Shown here piece after piece: positions 23,910 to 37,193 of a stretch of 64,000 nt of DNA. Position numbers and translations under genes: made by a program. Source of the stretch: Phyllobates terribilis (taxonomy: Eukaryota); the NCBI RefSeq assembly GCF_046119375.1, contig NW_027362772.1, forward strand, positions 65,906,001 to 65,970,000. The letters run 5' to 3'. Below the pieces are notes generated by a model. It saw only the letters and a program-made list of their open reading frames with translations. It ran no database searches and was not told where the DNA came from. Each line of letters begins with the position of its first letter. Position 1 is the stretch's first letter.

Positions 23910-25008
23910 GTGAGTGTTTGATAAAAAAAAAACCCTGTAAGAGATAAAAAACCCATCCCTGTTTGTTCATCGTAGCGTGATTGGACAGAGAACAAGCCAA
24001 AATAATGCTGACACCATACTTAAATGGGCTATCCAAGATAAAAAAAAATGTCTAAAATCAGTGAATGTGTGAAGACAAAAATAACCAATTCTTATTAAAA
24101 CTTCTGATGTACCACCTTCCCCTTACTTTTCTCTACTTTTTTTTTACATGTTGAACATCGATCGATGCTGCCAAATACTGGTCTACAGTCTTGAGCCATA
24201 AGTGTTGGCATGACCATGGACTCCATATTTTTTTTAGTTTCTCACCTCCTGGAAAACCACTTTAATTAAACCTATCTTTCTAAGGGCTTCGAACTGTAAG
24301 AGTTCTCATTGTTGTATATTCAAGCTTCCATCGTAGGCTATCACAAACAAAAAAATAATGCACTGAATCCCATTTTTTAGCAGTCAGAATAATCCTGGTA
24401 TAAAGCATTAGACTCCCACTAGAGGATGTTCTGGAAGTCTTAAGGTTGCCATACCGATGGGATGGCTGTGAGCCGAATGATACTTCGGCCAATTGTGGCT
24501 ATCTCGGCCAGCTATCCCATAGACAGGAATTCTCGTTCGGTTGAGCAGTCCTGTATTCTCAATGAGAACTACCACCAGAAATGTCTGGCCGCAACTTACC
24601 TCCGCGAGAACGAAATGATCAGCTGCCCAAATTTGGATATACCAGATCAATTCAAAATATCCCCTGACAATAATTTGTCTGGGCCCCCCATAAACATTAG
24701 ATAGTCTGCCCAACCCATCAATATCAACAGGTTCAGTCAAAATTAATCTATTATACAGTATGTGAGGGCCCTTAGATCTGGTTTTTGGAAACAGGTCAAG
24801 TCACAACCATGTTCATGAGGTCTTGAAGAGGACAAGTCCTTTTAACGGTAACAATGGTGCAGTAATTTCCTACTGTGATCAATTAGTTCTCTAAAACTAA
24901 AGCATAGTCCCATATTTTCCTTACCTTTACTGCGGCCTATGTAACTCAGTAAACCAATGATAAGATATAGTTTGTTTTGTCATCTCAACATACTTTTTTT
25001 TTTTGCAG

Positions 25009-25290
25009 TGCCGGTCTCTTCTGTAACTCTTACCAGTAACGCATCAGAATTGCTTTGGCCTGGAAGAGATTCAGTGTCTCTACGTTGTTCAGCACGCGGT
25101 ACAAATGTCAGCTACTCCTGGAGTAGGGAGGATACACCACTGCCAGAAAATTCCCGATATCATCTCTCCAAAAATAACTCCATCCTCATCATTAACCAAG
25201 TCTCCTCTGCTGACACCAAACTCTTGACATGCAAAGCTTCAAACTGGGTAAACACGGAGACCAGCAACCAAGTGGACTTTAACTTTGCTT
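25009..25290 (+). CDS. Gene 2 Ig C2 exon b
   Basis: TTTGCAG acceptor, GTAAGT donor, 282 nt. Confidence 0.92.
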
Positions 25291-26663
25291 GTAAGTATGA
25301 AAATTTTTCACATCTTTGAAAATTGTGGACAAGTACATAAAAAAATGAATAATTAAGACAAGAAATCCAAACCATTGGGCATAATTAACATGACTACATG
25401 TAAAGGAGAAAAGTCATCCAAACCCAATTATTTTGGTTGAACCGTTTTATCTTATATGTATGGGGGAATGTTTCATCTTCCGATGGCAGATGTTGAGATA
25501 TGGCTAGATCAGCATGTCGAATTTTGACAATCTCATCCTTTATTTTTATGGGAGATAAGCTAGAGGTTTCTGGCTGGTGATTATTCACCTCTTTCCATTG
25601 GGGTTCCTTGCACACCTGACCAAGCTTGGCGTGTATGCTTATGGGAGTTGGGAAACAGGTATTGAAGGTGATGGGCTATCTTAGGGTGAGAAATCAAATG
25701 ATGTCTTGGCTGTGAAATAATCCTCATTGTCCTTAGCTTTAATACTTGGTTATCAAATAGAAGTTAAGACACAGTATGTTCATTCCCCCATACACTACAG
25801 ATAGTTTTTGGCCGAACAATGGGTTGGTTGGCAGCTTTCTCGCCAACTCTCCGACAGACAGAAGCGATTGCTCTGCTGAGCTCCCTGAGTTCTCTACAGG
25901 AGAGTGGTTGCTAGACACCTCTGGCGGCAAATTATTTCTTAGAGAACAAAAGGATCAATCATCCAAACTTGTACTTGCCTTATCCTTATTTCCTCAAGGC
26001 ATCATCTGTCTGGAGAGAGTTTGGGGGCCCCATACACATTTGACTGCGGGCCAAATCCTGTTGATATCAGGGGATTCTCTCAATGTTAGTCTAATGTGTA
26101 TGGGACTTTAGAATCCCAGACTCCATTGTTTAATTACATGTTGCTCCATTGTTCTCAAGGAATAATGGTGATGTCCATTTGATCCAGAATTTCTTTTGAA
26201 AAACACCTAGTTGTCCTACTTGGTTGTTCCTTAAAACAGTGATAATAAAGAAACCTTTAATGTTCTGATGTTGAGATGACCAAAGAGTCAAAATACTTGG
26301 CCAATTTTGTTAAGATTTACCATCAAAGACTTTAGATTGCCTTATTTGGCATTGTCACAACATTTTTTTTCAGACCCGTAGAGTATGATATTGGTGTATC
26401 ATGATCATGATCATGACAACATCGTTGGTCATGATCATGGTAGATAGGATTTTACGCTCTTATTTTCATCTAAGTTATGTGCACTTCATAGGTTACATCT
26501 TAGGTACAGTCTGAATATTATATAACAGTATTAAGCTGTTACCTTCTCATTACAGCAGTGATGTTATCAAGTACCACATCAAGAGAGCTCTGGGCTGCAA
26601 TTACTCATATTCTGAATATTTTATGGAGAGTTTGGTAATAGGAGGTTATGTTTTGGTTCACAG

Positions 26664-26957
26664 CTCCGGTCTCGGCAGTGACGTTGACCAGTAACACATC
26701 AGCGGTGCTCAGAGCAGGAGAGGACTCGGTGTCTCTCCATTGCTCAGCTGAGGGTTCAGCCATCACCTTCTCCTGGAGACTAAATGGAGAACCAGTGTCC
26801 CAGAAGTCACCATATTACATTACTCAGAGTGATTCCCCTCCAAACTCCATTCTCACCATCTCACCCGTCTCCAGAAATGACACCGGACCATTTACCTGTG
26901 AAGCATCCAACCTCCTAAACAGTAAAACCAGCAATGAGCTCAACCTTCTTCTGAACT
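26664..26957 (+). CDS. Gene 2 Ig C2 exon c
   Basis: TTCACAG acceptor, GTGAGC donor, 294 nt. Confidence 0.92.
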
Positions 26958-27073
26958 GTGAGCATCTGAATGTGTTTTGACTAAATGTTTGTAATAACCA
27001 CCCAGAAAGTATTTTATTGTGAAAAATTGGCATGACTTACCATGGTCTAAAGTGCTTCTTTTCTCTCTCGCAG

Positions 27074-27316
27074 GGTATCCTGAAGGGGGCATTGCATGTA
27101 TTTCAAATCCCTATGACACTAGATTACAAATCTACTGCTCCTGGCCAGGAGGACAACCTGCAGCCAATGTGACCATGATATTTAATAACATAGCAACAAT
27201 GGGGCAGAATGAAGTAACCAGAAATGTGCCTTTTGGTCAAAAGATCCAAAAATCATCAAACCTTACCTGCATTGGTAATCACCAGCAGAAGAGATTTTCT
27301 TGCACTTTAATTTTCG
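27074..27316 (+). CDS. Gene 2 short four-Cys Ig exon d (YPEGGIAC...YCSWPGGQPAANVTM...LTC...FSC)
   Basis: CTCGCAG acceptor, GTAAGG donor, 243 nt; paralogous to the 48487-48735 exon. Confidence 0.88.
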
Positions 27317-27783
27317 GTAAGGAGTTAGTAGCCCGGCTTATAAAATGCTCATTTTTATTTGAAGATTATACTACCATTTTGGTGCAGATTTTTTAAAGTA
27401 ATCTCATCAGAATCATCGGGTCTAGGAGATTTATTTAATTCTGTATGCAGCTTGTACTGTTAAATCTGCACAAATCATTTTGCACTGTGTATTCGGACCG
27501 TACAGGAAGGAAGAGCTTTTTTTTCAAAATGGCCGCCTTTAATAAAGTTTTTCCAAATAAAATAGATAACGTCAACATTTAGACATATAATACAAACATC
27601 ATTTATCTCACACAAACTTTCTCTACGATTGAATATGATAAAGCTAAAATGACATACATGAGACATTTCTTTTAATTCTGTACTTTTAGACTACAGTCAA
27701 CAATCAGCCATAGAGAAGTGTAAATGATCATAGAGACGTAGGACTATTCTAGGTGAATGATGACTACATTTTTTTTCTTTCAG

Positions 27784-27848
27784 GGATCCCACGGTTACCC
27801 AAGGGTAAGGATAAAACTGTGACTGCAGTAACGGAAGGAAAGAACTGA
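27784..27848 (+). CDS. Gene 2 putative terminal coding segment GIPRLPKGKDKTVTAVTEGKN*
   Basis: Strong acceptor TTTCTTTCAG; in-frame TGA 27846-27848; AATAAA at 28186. Confidence 0.6.
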
Positions 27849-28060
27849 AGTCCTGCCATACCCCCAGGTTCTACCAGCTTGGGCCATGCGGTGCCATTTC
27901 CCCAACGATATACCCACCGATATAGAACAGATTAATTACCGGCAAAGTCTATTCATTTTACAGCAGGTCTCTGAAGACGACTGATATATAAATGTAGTGC
28001 ATGTAGTGCAGGATGTGTTTGGGGGTTTTACCCATGTTTCCTGAGTGACAAGTGAAGTGA
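27849..28060 (+). pseudogene. Decayed remainder of Ig exon e
   Basis: Frame-broken SLFILQQVSEDD / IYKC / VVQDVFGG motifs, stops, TGTAGTGCA duplication. Confidence 0.6.
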
Positions 28061-28375
28061 TATTTTTAGATATTGGAGGGATATATACTGTAGATACTAG
28101 AACTTATAGTTTGTATATTTTATCACTGTCACTAAAATGTATTTCCTGAAATCTGATCCAAACAAATTCTGGGTATATGGATTACAATAAAACTACTTTT
28201 TCTCAAGTTGTAATGGTCTAGGCTGTTCATGAGCTACACACTGTGCTGACTATTATCATACCTCCCAACTTTGAAAGATAAGAAAGAGGAACACATACTG
28301 CGTAGCATACCAGAGCAAAAGAGTACACATAATATGACACCCACACAATAGATTCCGCCATGCATAGTATGATGC

Positions 28376-28945
28376 TGTCACGGGTGTGTCAGATGTGACA
28401 GACAGTCGCCCTGCAGTTGGTTGAAGGAGATCTCTTCATTCAGCATTACAGACACCTTTTTAGATCTGTCTCACTTTAGGACCCAACGGCTACCTCCCTC
28501 TTGCTGATTAATACCCTGGCCTGGGTGTTTCAGTTTGCAATAGAGAGGGGATGGTGATATTCACAAGACCCTTTGTGAAAGCTTGGAGCTGTTGCAGTCT
28601 GCTTATTTCCTCTCTGGTGCTAAGAGGCCATGTGTGTAACTTCTCTGAAGTCGGCTCAAGCTAAGTTACTTCCCCCGTGTCTGTCTCCCCCTGCTGTCTT
28701 TAGTTGTTAGTGGAGACTGACTAGCACTCATCCCCCCTTCCCTAGCCAGGGCCTAGCTCTAGGGAGATAAAGGGTTTTAAGTTCCTGTTCGGCGATTAGT
28801 GAGCAAGCAATATAGGGATGATAAAGAAGTCAGGGTGATATCAGATCAGCCTAGGAGGTCTCCACCCCCTCTTTCCTTAGTGTCTGGGCTCCCTTCCCCT
28901 CATCCCTTTGTGTTGCACTTTGTCTTTCCTACACTGTGCGTGACA
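28376..28945 (+). mobile_element. Solo LTR, family A
   Basis: TGTCAC...GTGACA, 5-bp TSD GATGC. Confidence 0.88.
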
Positions 28946-29091
28946 GATGCCCTCACAGATCCCCACACAAAGTATGATGCTCCCACAGATCCCCATACAT
29001 AGAATGATGCTCCAACATATCCTCACTCACAAAATAATGCTGCCACAGATCCCCAGACACAGTAAGATTCCCCACAAATCCACACACACAG

Positions 29092-29810
29092 TGTTAAGCT
29101 CCACTAAGGAGCCAGATGGTGCCTGGAAAGACAGATGGGAAGGGAAGCACTGCCACTAAGGAAAGATATGAAGAGTAACCCCTAAACCTTACCCTGCGCA
29201 GCCCTGAGCTCCCCGTCATTCCTAGATGGGTTATTTCACCCCGTGCAGCGCATGCGTTCCTATCCCTGTCTTTCCCTGGGTATGGCCCTGGCTAGTGCGG
29301 GGGGGGGCAGCAGTAAAATTAGTCCTGCTCTCTGATAAATACACAAAAGGTAAACAGAGAAGTGTAAAAGAAACAAACATCGCTCAATGTGCACTCCGAC
29401 AACATAAAGGTGTAAAGGTAGGATGAGGAAAACCAAATAGGAGATAAGGTAAAGAAAGACACCCAAACAAACTTCCAAACAGATATCTCCACAGAGGTCT
29501 CCTAGATGACCTTTCTTCATACGGCTCACACCTACTGCTCCAAACCAGGTTATAGCAAGCTATCACTGGCAACTATACAAGCTAAGAGGTGAGTATTTAT
29601 ATTGGAGGAGAGTGGAGAAATCAGAACAGCTGAGGTAGCTCAGGACAGAGAGCTCTAGGAGATAAATAGAACTGTTTAACCCTTGAAACATCAGAGCAAG
29701 GAAAATCTGCACAGCTAACTGGAAGGCAAAGCAGATCCAACCAGTGCAAGTGTATGTGTAGCCAGACGCCATGATCTTCAAACCCTCTCTGTCACGGTAT
29801 CCCCATAACA
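29092..29810. mobile_element. LTR-like insertion
   Basis: TGTTA...TAACA ends inside the minisatellite; no matching TSD. Confidence 0.5.
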
Positions 29811-30931
29811 CCTGGTATGATGCTCCCACAGAACCCCCAAACAGTATGATATTCCCACAGATCCCCCCACACGTTATGACGCTCCCACAGATCCCCACAC
29901 ACAGTATATTGTCCCCACAGATTCCCACACACTGTATTTTGCTCACATGGATCCACACACACAGTTGGATGCTCCCAAAGATCCCTAAACACAGTATGAT
30001 GCCCCCACAGATCCCCACACACAGTATAATGTCCCCACAGATTCCCACACACTGTATTATGCTCACACAGATACACACACATAGTAGGATACTCCCAAAG
30101 ATCTCTAGACAGAGTATGATGCCCCCACAGATCCCCACACACAGTATGATGCTTTCACAGACTCCCACACACAGTATGATGCACCTGCAGAGCTCCACAC
30201 ACAGTATTATTCTCCCACAGATCCCCACACACAATATGATGCCCCTGTAAATCGACACACACAGAATGATGTCCCCACAGATCCACAACCACAGTAAGAT
30301 GTGCCCACAGACCCCCACACATAATATGATGCCGCCACAGACCTCAACACGTGGTATGATGTCCTTAAGGACTCCTAACCCACACACAGTATTATGCCCC
30401 TAAATTCCATTCTACCACATACAGTATGATACCACCACAGTATATTCTCCCACAGTCATCGATGCACGGTACAATGCCCCCACAATATGATTCCCCTACA
30501 CACAGTATGATGCACTCACATATCCCTAAATACAATATATAGTGCATTGTGAAAGTATTTGGCCCCCTTGAACTTTTCTACCTTTTGCCACATTTCTGGC
30601 TTCAAGCATAAAGATATAAAATTCAAATTTTTTTGGGAAGAGTCAACAACAAGTGGGACACAATCGTGAATTGGAATGAAATTTATTGGATATTTTAAAC
30701 TTTTTTAACAAATTCAAAACTGAAAAGTGGGGCGTGCAATATTATTCGGCCCCTTTACTTTCAGTGCAGCAAACTCACTCCAGAAGTTCAGTGAGGGTCT
30801 CTGAAGGATTCAATGTTGTCCTAAATGACTGGTAATGATAAATAGAATCCACCTATGTGTAATCAAGTCTCTGTATAAATGCACCTGCTCTGTGATAGTC
30901 TCAGGGTTCAGTTTCAAGTGCAAAGAGCATC

Positions 30932-33126
30932 ATGAAGACCAAGGAACACACCAGGCAGGTCCAAGATACTGTTGTGGCGAAGTTTAAAGCCGGATTTGGA
31001 TACAAAAGATTTCCAAAGTTTTAAACATCTCAAGGAGCACTGTGCAAGCGATCATATTGAAATGGAAGGAGTATCAGACCACTGTAAATCTACCAAGACC
31101 CGGCCGTCCCTCTAAACTTTCATGTCGAACAAGGAGAAGACTGATCAGATATGAAGCCAAAAGGCCCATGATCACTCTGGATTAACTGCAGAGATCTACA
31201 GCTGAGGTGGGAGAGTCTGTCCATAGGACAACAATCAGTCGTACACTGCACAAATCTGGCCTTTATGGAAGAGAGGCAAGAAGAAAGCCATTTCTCAAAG
31301 ATATCCATAAAAAGTCTCGTTTGAAGTTTGCCACAAGCCACCTGGGAGACACACCAAACATGTGGAATAAGGTCCTCTGGTCAGATGCTTTACGATATGT
31401 TTGGCGTAAAAGCAACACAGCTCATCACGCTCAATACACCATCCCCACTGTCAAACATGGTGGCAGCATCATGGTTTGGGCCTGCTTTTCTCCAGCAGGG
31501 ACAGGGAAGATGGTTAAAATTGATGGGAAGATGGACGGAGCCAAATACAGGACCATTCTGGAAGAAAACCTGTTGGAGTCTGCAAAAGACCTGAGACTGG
31601 GACGGAGATTTATCTTCCAACAAGACAATGATCCCAAACATAAAGCAAAATCTACAATGGAATAGTTAAAAAATAAACGTATCCAGGTGTTAGAATGGCC
31701 AAGTCAAAGTCCAAACCTGAATCCAATCGAGAATCTGTGGAAAGAGCTGAAAACTGCTGTTCACAAACGCTCTCCATCCAACCTCAATGAGCTTGAGCTG
31801 CTTTGCAAGGAAGAATGGGCAAGAATTTCAGCCTCTCGATGTGCAAAACTGATAGAGACAAATGTAGCACCCTGAGGATTCGGCTGCTACAGGGGTATTG
31901 CACCTCAACCCAGAGGTGTGATATTCCACTCCCGGGTAAGGAAGGAGTGTGGAACTGAGCTCAGATAGACTGCATGCACTACATACATCCCATTCCAGAG
32001 GAGCAGGCCGACGGTACTCCCACTTAGAAATGTGCAGGTACAACCGAGCCTGTTCCTGGCTGGAGTGGGAGGGGGGTGGTACATCCCATGTAGTGTAGGG
32101 GCAGATAGGGGGAGCAGTCTGGGTAGTGATAGGAGCTCATTGGGTGCTGGTCACCTGAGCTCACACATAGAGGGATATATAAGGAGGGCACCAACTTAGA
32201 TCAGGGTCAGACGCTGAGAACAAGTCAGTTGGAGAGGAGGGAGAAGGAAACAGCAGCCCTGGAGAGAGAGAGAGGAGAAAGAAAAGAGAAAGACCCAGAG
32301 GGGGAAGACTGAAGGGACCCAAGAACCCAAATTAGAGCACCGGGTGAGGAGTCAGCAAGAGGGTACCGGAACCCAAGCTGGTGGGGGCAAAGACATTCCC
32401 CAGCCAGAGACCGGAGACCGTGGGCAGTGTCTGTCACGGTCACCCACCACATTCACCCCGAAGGCACACCACATGAAGGGTCAGGGAACCCAGGGCCAAG
32501 GGTGTCCCAAAAGAAGGCCCGAGGGAGCTGGACCTAGGTGAATCACTGGTGGGGACGGCTGAAGAAAGGACAGAGGGAGAGCTCAGGGCCACGCTCTGGA
32601 CTTGTTTGGGGGTTGGCCGGATCCAGGACCTGGTGGACGCAGCACGGCTCGGGTGGTCACTAGCAGCTGGAGTGACCAGTACAACATCAGCAGTAAGTAA
32701 ACACCCTTAACTGCACAACCCGAGTCTGTCTTCATTGCCGGCTGCATCGCACCACCACAACCCCCATCCTCTGCGCCTGTCCCCTCTGAGGCTATACCCC
32801 TCCCGTTGGGGGTTATCTCACCAAGCTGCGCACCCACCATCAGCCTCAGCGGACCCTGCTGCAGCGGCGGCCACAGTGACCGCATCACAACGAGTGGCGT
32901 AGTCGACACAAAAGAACTTTAGCAACATCTGTAGAACTGCCACATCACACTGAGCTTGACGCCCTGGGCACGGGACCGGGTCACAGCCGCTCGGAGACTA
33001 CAACCCCCCATCTGATCCGGTGCCGGGTATTCCCCTCAAAAAGGAATATGTCCCAGGGGGCGCGTCACATACCCCAAGCGACTTGCAGCTGTAATCGCCG
33101 CAAAAGGTGGTGCTACAAAGTATTAA
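30932..33126 (+). pseudogene. Tc1 DD34E transposase pseudogene
   Basis: MKTKEH start, [29 protein letters not shown]; frameshifts, stop at ~31663, interrupted by an LTR at 31863. Confidence 0.9.
31863..33069 (+). mobile_element. Solo LTR, family B, inserted in the Tc1 transposase
   Basis: TGTAGCACCCTG...GGCGCGTCACA; Tc1 sequence GAGACA|TACCCCAAG resumes after it; TATATAA at ~32176; TSD not clean. Confidence 0.75.
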
Positions 33127-33408
33127 CTCAAGGGGGCCGAAAAATATTGCACGCTCCTCTTTTCAGTTTTGAATTTGTTAAAAAAGTTTAAAATATCCAA
33201 TAAATTTTGTTCCACTTCACGATTGTGTCCTACTTGTTGTTAATTCTTCCCCCAAAAAATCTGAATTTTATATCTTTATGTTTGAAGCCAGAAATGTGGC
33301 AAAAGGTAGAAAAGTTCAAGGGGGCCAAATGCTTTCACAATGCACTGTAATACCCTCACAGATTCCCACACACTGTATTATGCTCACACAGATCCCCACA
33401 CAAAGTAG

Positions 33409-34758
33409 TGTGACGCCTCAAAGCCTTCTGTAAGCCCTTTACCCTGGGAGATGGGGGACTCGGAGCCGGGTCCTGTGATGGAGAGATGGGGTGCAGCCGT
33501 GGCCCAGTCCCGCTCCGTGCCCAGGGCCGTCACATTAAAAAAAGAGATGGTATGGGCTTATCCGGGTTGAGTGGCTGATTACGACTACGCCACCTGTAGC
33601 ACCTGGTGAAGGCCACCAGCGCTGCTGTAGTCCGCCGAGGCATGGTGTTATGGCAGTCAAAGTTGTTACTACTCCCCACAGGTGGAGCAGGGCCTCAGGG
33701 CAGCGGGACAGGATGGAGGGGGTAGTAGTCCAGGTGGTCTGGTACTGCGTAATGCGGTGTAGTGCAGAATAAAGAGTCCAGAGGCCATAGGGGTGAACTT
33801 CCAAGGCTCTACTCACATAAGAGATGGCAGTAGGAAGGCGACTCCCTGCTCCTCGCGGAGTTCTGCGGTCACCAGAGACGAAGGGGTCCGACAACCTCCT
33901 AGTAAGTCCAGTGTTCAATCAGGACCACGCACCAGAGTGTTCCTAAACTACAGACCGGGTTCTTTCCTGTCGGTGTGTGTGTAGATAGGCCGGGTCTCCC
34001 TCTGAACTCCTCTCAGAAAAAGGGCACCGGTGGCAGCTCCGCTCCTTCCGATACCCGGTGGGATCCTCAGGGCCTACCGGGCTTTCCCGACCAGGACATG
34101 GAGTAGCAAGGTCGGGTGTCGGGGGCCGGTACCCCTCTTGCAGCCCGACTCCCTCTGAGTATATCAGGTGGCGAGGACAGGTGGCGTACACCGCTCTGTC
34201 TGCATCCTCCCTGGGATCCATTTGCTATGGAGCTACACTCTTAAGCTCCGGGCCTTCTTGATCATGGTCCTTGACCGGGCTGAGACATACATTATCTGCA
34301 GCCTGCCCCTCGACCCAAGGCCAGGGTACGAGGGCCGTGTCTCCCTCCGCTGCAGGCCCACACAGGATCCACGTTCAGCGTGGGAGATCACACGATAAGG
34401 AACAAAGAAGCATCAAAAGACCATGAACCAAGATGGCTGTGTATTAAATATGAATTATTAAGTGTCACTAGAATGTGAGTCCTCCACCCTCACCCACTAA
34501 ATGGTTCCCCTATCTCTTGGTTCCCTAGTCTCCCTGCAACCAGGAGGGCAGCACCTAGTGCATTCTAGCCCCCTCTGGTGGGAGAAGTGTGGTGTTGGAT
34601 GTGAAGGAAGGGTCCTGTCCATCGCACTGTTCTTACCTCAGAGGAGGAACACTACACTCCATTAGAGAAGTGCAGCATCCCTGTGGCGGTCGAACCCTCA
34701 GGGGCGCCACATTTGAGTGTAGTGTTCCTGTGGCGGTCGAACCCTCAGGGGCGCCACA
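33409..34758 (-). mobile_element. Solo LTR related to family B, opposite orientation
   Basis: TGTGACGCC...GGCGCCACA, 4-bp TSD GTAG; shares GTGCCCAGGGC(C)GTCA and GACTACGCCAC segments with the reverse complement of the 31863 element. Confidence 0.78.
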
Positions 34759-35941
34759 GTAGGATGTTCCCACAGATCCTCAGACACAGTATGCTGCCCC
34801 CACAGATCTGTACATACAGTATGATGCTCCCATGGATCCCCATTCACAGTATGATGCCCCCACAGACTCCCACACACAGTGTTATGCCCCCACAGACTCC
34901 CACACACAATATGTTGCACCCGCAGATCCCCACGCACAGTATGATGTCCCTAGCAACCCACAAGCACAGTATGATGTCCCCACAGACCCCCACATATAAT
35001 ATGATGTCTTCACAGACCTGAACATGCAGTATGATGTCCCGACACACACACAGTATTATGCCCCTACATTCCATTCTACCACATACAGTATGATATCCCC
35101 ACAGTACATTTTCCCACAGTTTCCTATACACAGAATAATGCCCCCACAGTAGGATTCCCCTACACATAGTATGATGCACCAAGTTTCCCCCACCTGCAGT
35201 ATGATGCCCAGATACATTAAGATGCCACCAGTGTCTACTGTAAGAATATAAAATAGCACTAGTGGCAGGTGTGATAATTGCAAAATGACTACTGCAATTT
35301 TGTTTTTTAACAAAAATGTAATGTGAAAAATAAAATTTCAGAATTTTTTAAAAAATACATGTAACACAAAAGAATGATTTAAACCATAGGACATTTTCAA
35401 TAATAGCTGCCATTACGTAAAGTGGTTCAAATCACAGATGTACATGTGTGCTAAAAATTTTTGATGGCAATATCAACAAATTGCAATGTGTAAATGCAAT
35501 CGCTCGATGCTCCGACAATTGAATCATCCATCAAGATTTCAGTGTCTTCCTTCTGTGCTATGTGGGTACAAATACATTCTCATCTCTATTTTGAGGAATT
35601 GCCAAATCTGAACACTCATCATTTATTGTTTTTTTCAAAACCAGTACAAAATAGTTGTGGGTTGCAAAATTGATAACCTACATTAATTGTCAAAGCAAGT
35701 GGCGCATGTGTCATAGGCCTGCCTATAACAGCAGCGATTGGAACTAGCTCTGATCGCTGCTGTTCAACCAATCAATTTCTGAGAGTGACATTTCAGTGTT
35801 GTGATCCAGGGGAACCTATGTTGCGACACCCATCATTCCTCCATGATGAAATCGGGGTGCCAATGTGTTGTTATGGCAGTCGGGGCGTGCTGAAACTTTC
35901 TATTGTCACTATATTGGTACTCCTGGAATGCCCAACCCAGG

Positions 35942-36490
35942 TGTCACGGGTGTGTCAGATGTAACAGACAGTCGCCCCGCTGTTGGTTGCAGGAGATCTT
36001 CTTCGTTTGGCATTACAGACACCTTCTTAGATCAGTCTCACTCTAGGACCCAGCGGCTACCTCTCCCCTGCTAATTGCCACCCAGGCCTGAGTGTTTAAG
36101 TACTTCCTGTTTGCTATAGGGAGGAGCCAGTGATATTCACATGACCCCTTGTGAAGGCTTGGAGCTGTTGCAGTCTGCTTACTTCCTCTCTGGTGCTAGG
36201 AGAAGCTAAGTTACTTCCCCAGTGTCTGTCTTCCCCTGCTGTCTTTAGTTGTTAGTGGGGACTGACTAGCGCTCATCCCCCTTCCCTAGTCTGGGCCTAG
36301 TTTTAGGGAGATACAGGGTTTTAGGTTCCTGATCGGTGATTGGTGAGAAACCAATATAGGAACGGTAGGGAAGACAGGGTGATATCAGATCAGCCTAGGA
36401 GGTCTCCACTTCCCCCTTTCCTTAGTGTCTGGGCTCCCTTCCCCTTATCCCTTTGTGTTGCACTTTGTCTTTCCTACAATGTGCGTGACA
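35942..36490 (+). mobile_element. Solo LTR, family A
   Basis: TGTCAC...GTGACA, 5-bp TSD CCAGG. Confidence 0.88.
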
Positions 36491-37193
36491 CCAGGATTAT
36501 AATATAGAGTACAAGTAGTCAAACAATCGCAGGTTCAAGTCCCATAGTGGGATTTACAATCCAAAAAAAATAAAAATAAAAATAATAAAAATAAAAAATT
36601 AACAAAAGTTTGAATCACTTTCCTTTTCCCTGTCTGAAAAGAGAAAAAAAGAGAAAAAAACACAAAAATGTAGGCATAGTTGCTATTGCCTTGTCCATAA
36701 AAATACGATCCATCAAAGTGTAATATTGATTAGGCCACGTGGTAAATTTTGTAGAGAAAAAGACATGTTAAAATTGCCATTTTTGAATCACTGCCCTTCC
36801 CGCTAAAATGGAAGGACAGACTCGTGCACATGACTGTAAATTCAGACGAGCGCTATCTGTCATTTTTCCTTTCCATACAAAAAAGTAATAAAGTGGAATA
36901 GTAGATCTTTTTTTGCGGTCCATTCAAGTTTCAAAATTTGTAAGAGATTTTCGAATCTTCTGGAAAGAAGGATTATATGAAATAATTATTTCCGAAATTT
37001 TAAGTTATGCCTTATGCATATCCCATATACATAGAATAAAGGAAAATTTAGTGATCGCTTGGGGTCTGACCACTGGGGACCTGGTACTCGTATTCTATTG
37101 AGCCTTGTCTTGAATGGAGGTGAACACGCTCAACCTTCAATCCATTCATTGTCTACGGGACTGTCAGAGAAAGCCTAGCCCGGTGTTCAACTA

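Larger units (their letters stand above)
30540..33347 (+). mobile_element. Full-length Tc1-like transposon (~1.6 kb net) with a nested LTR
   Basis: ~210-bp TIRs ((C/T)AGTGCATTGTGAAAG...CTTTCACAATGCACTG), TA flanks. Confidence 0.92.
28330..35230. repeat. ~30-bp minisatellite (CCCACAGATCCCCACACACAGTATGATG) interrupted by nested elements
   Basis: Array segments at ~28330-28375, 28946-29091, 29811-30530, 33348-33408, 34759-35230. Confidence 0.85.

Noticed and set aside
29563-35313. Long ORFs such as 29563-30387 and 29771-30250
   Set aside because: Periodic peptides read from the 30-bp minisatellite
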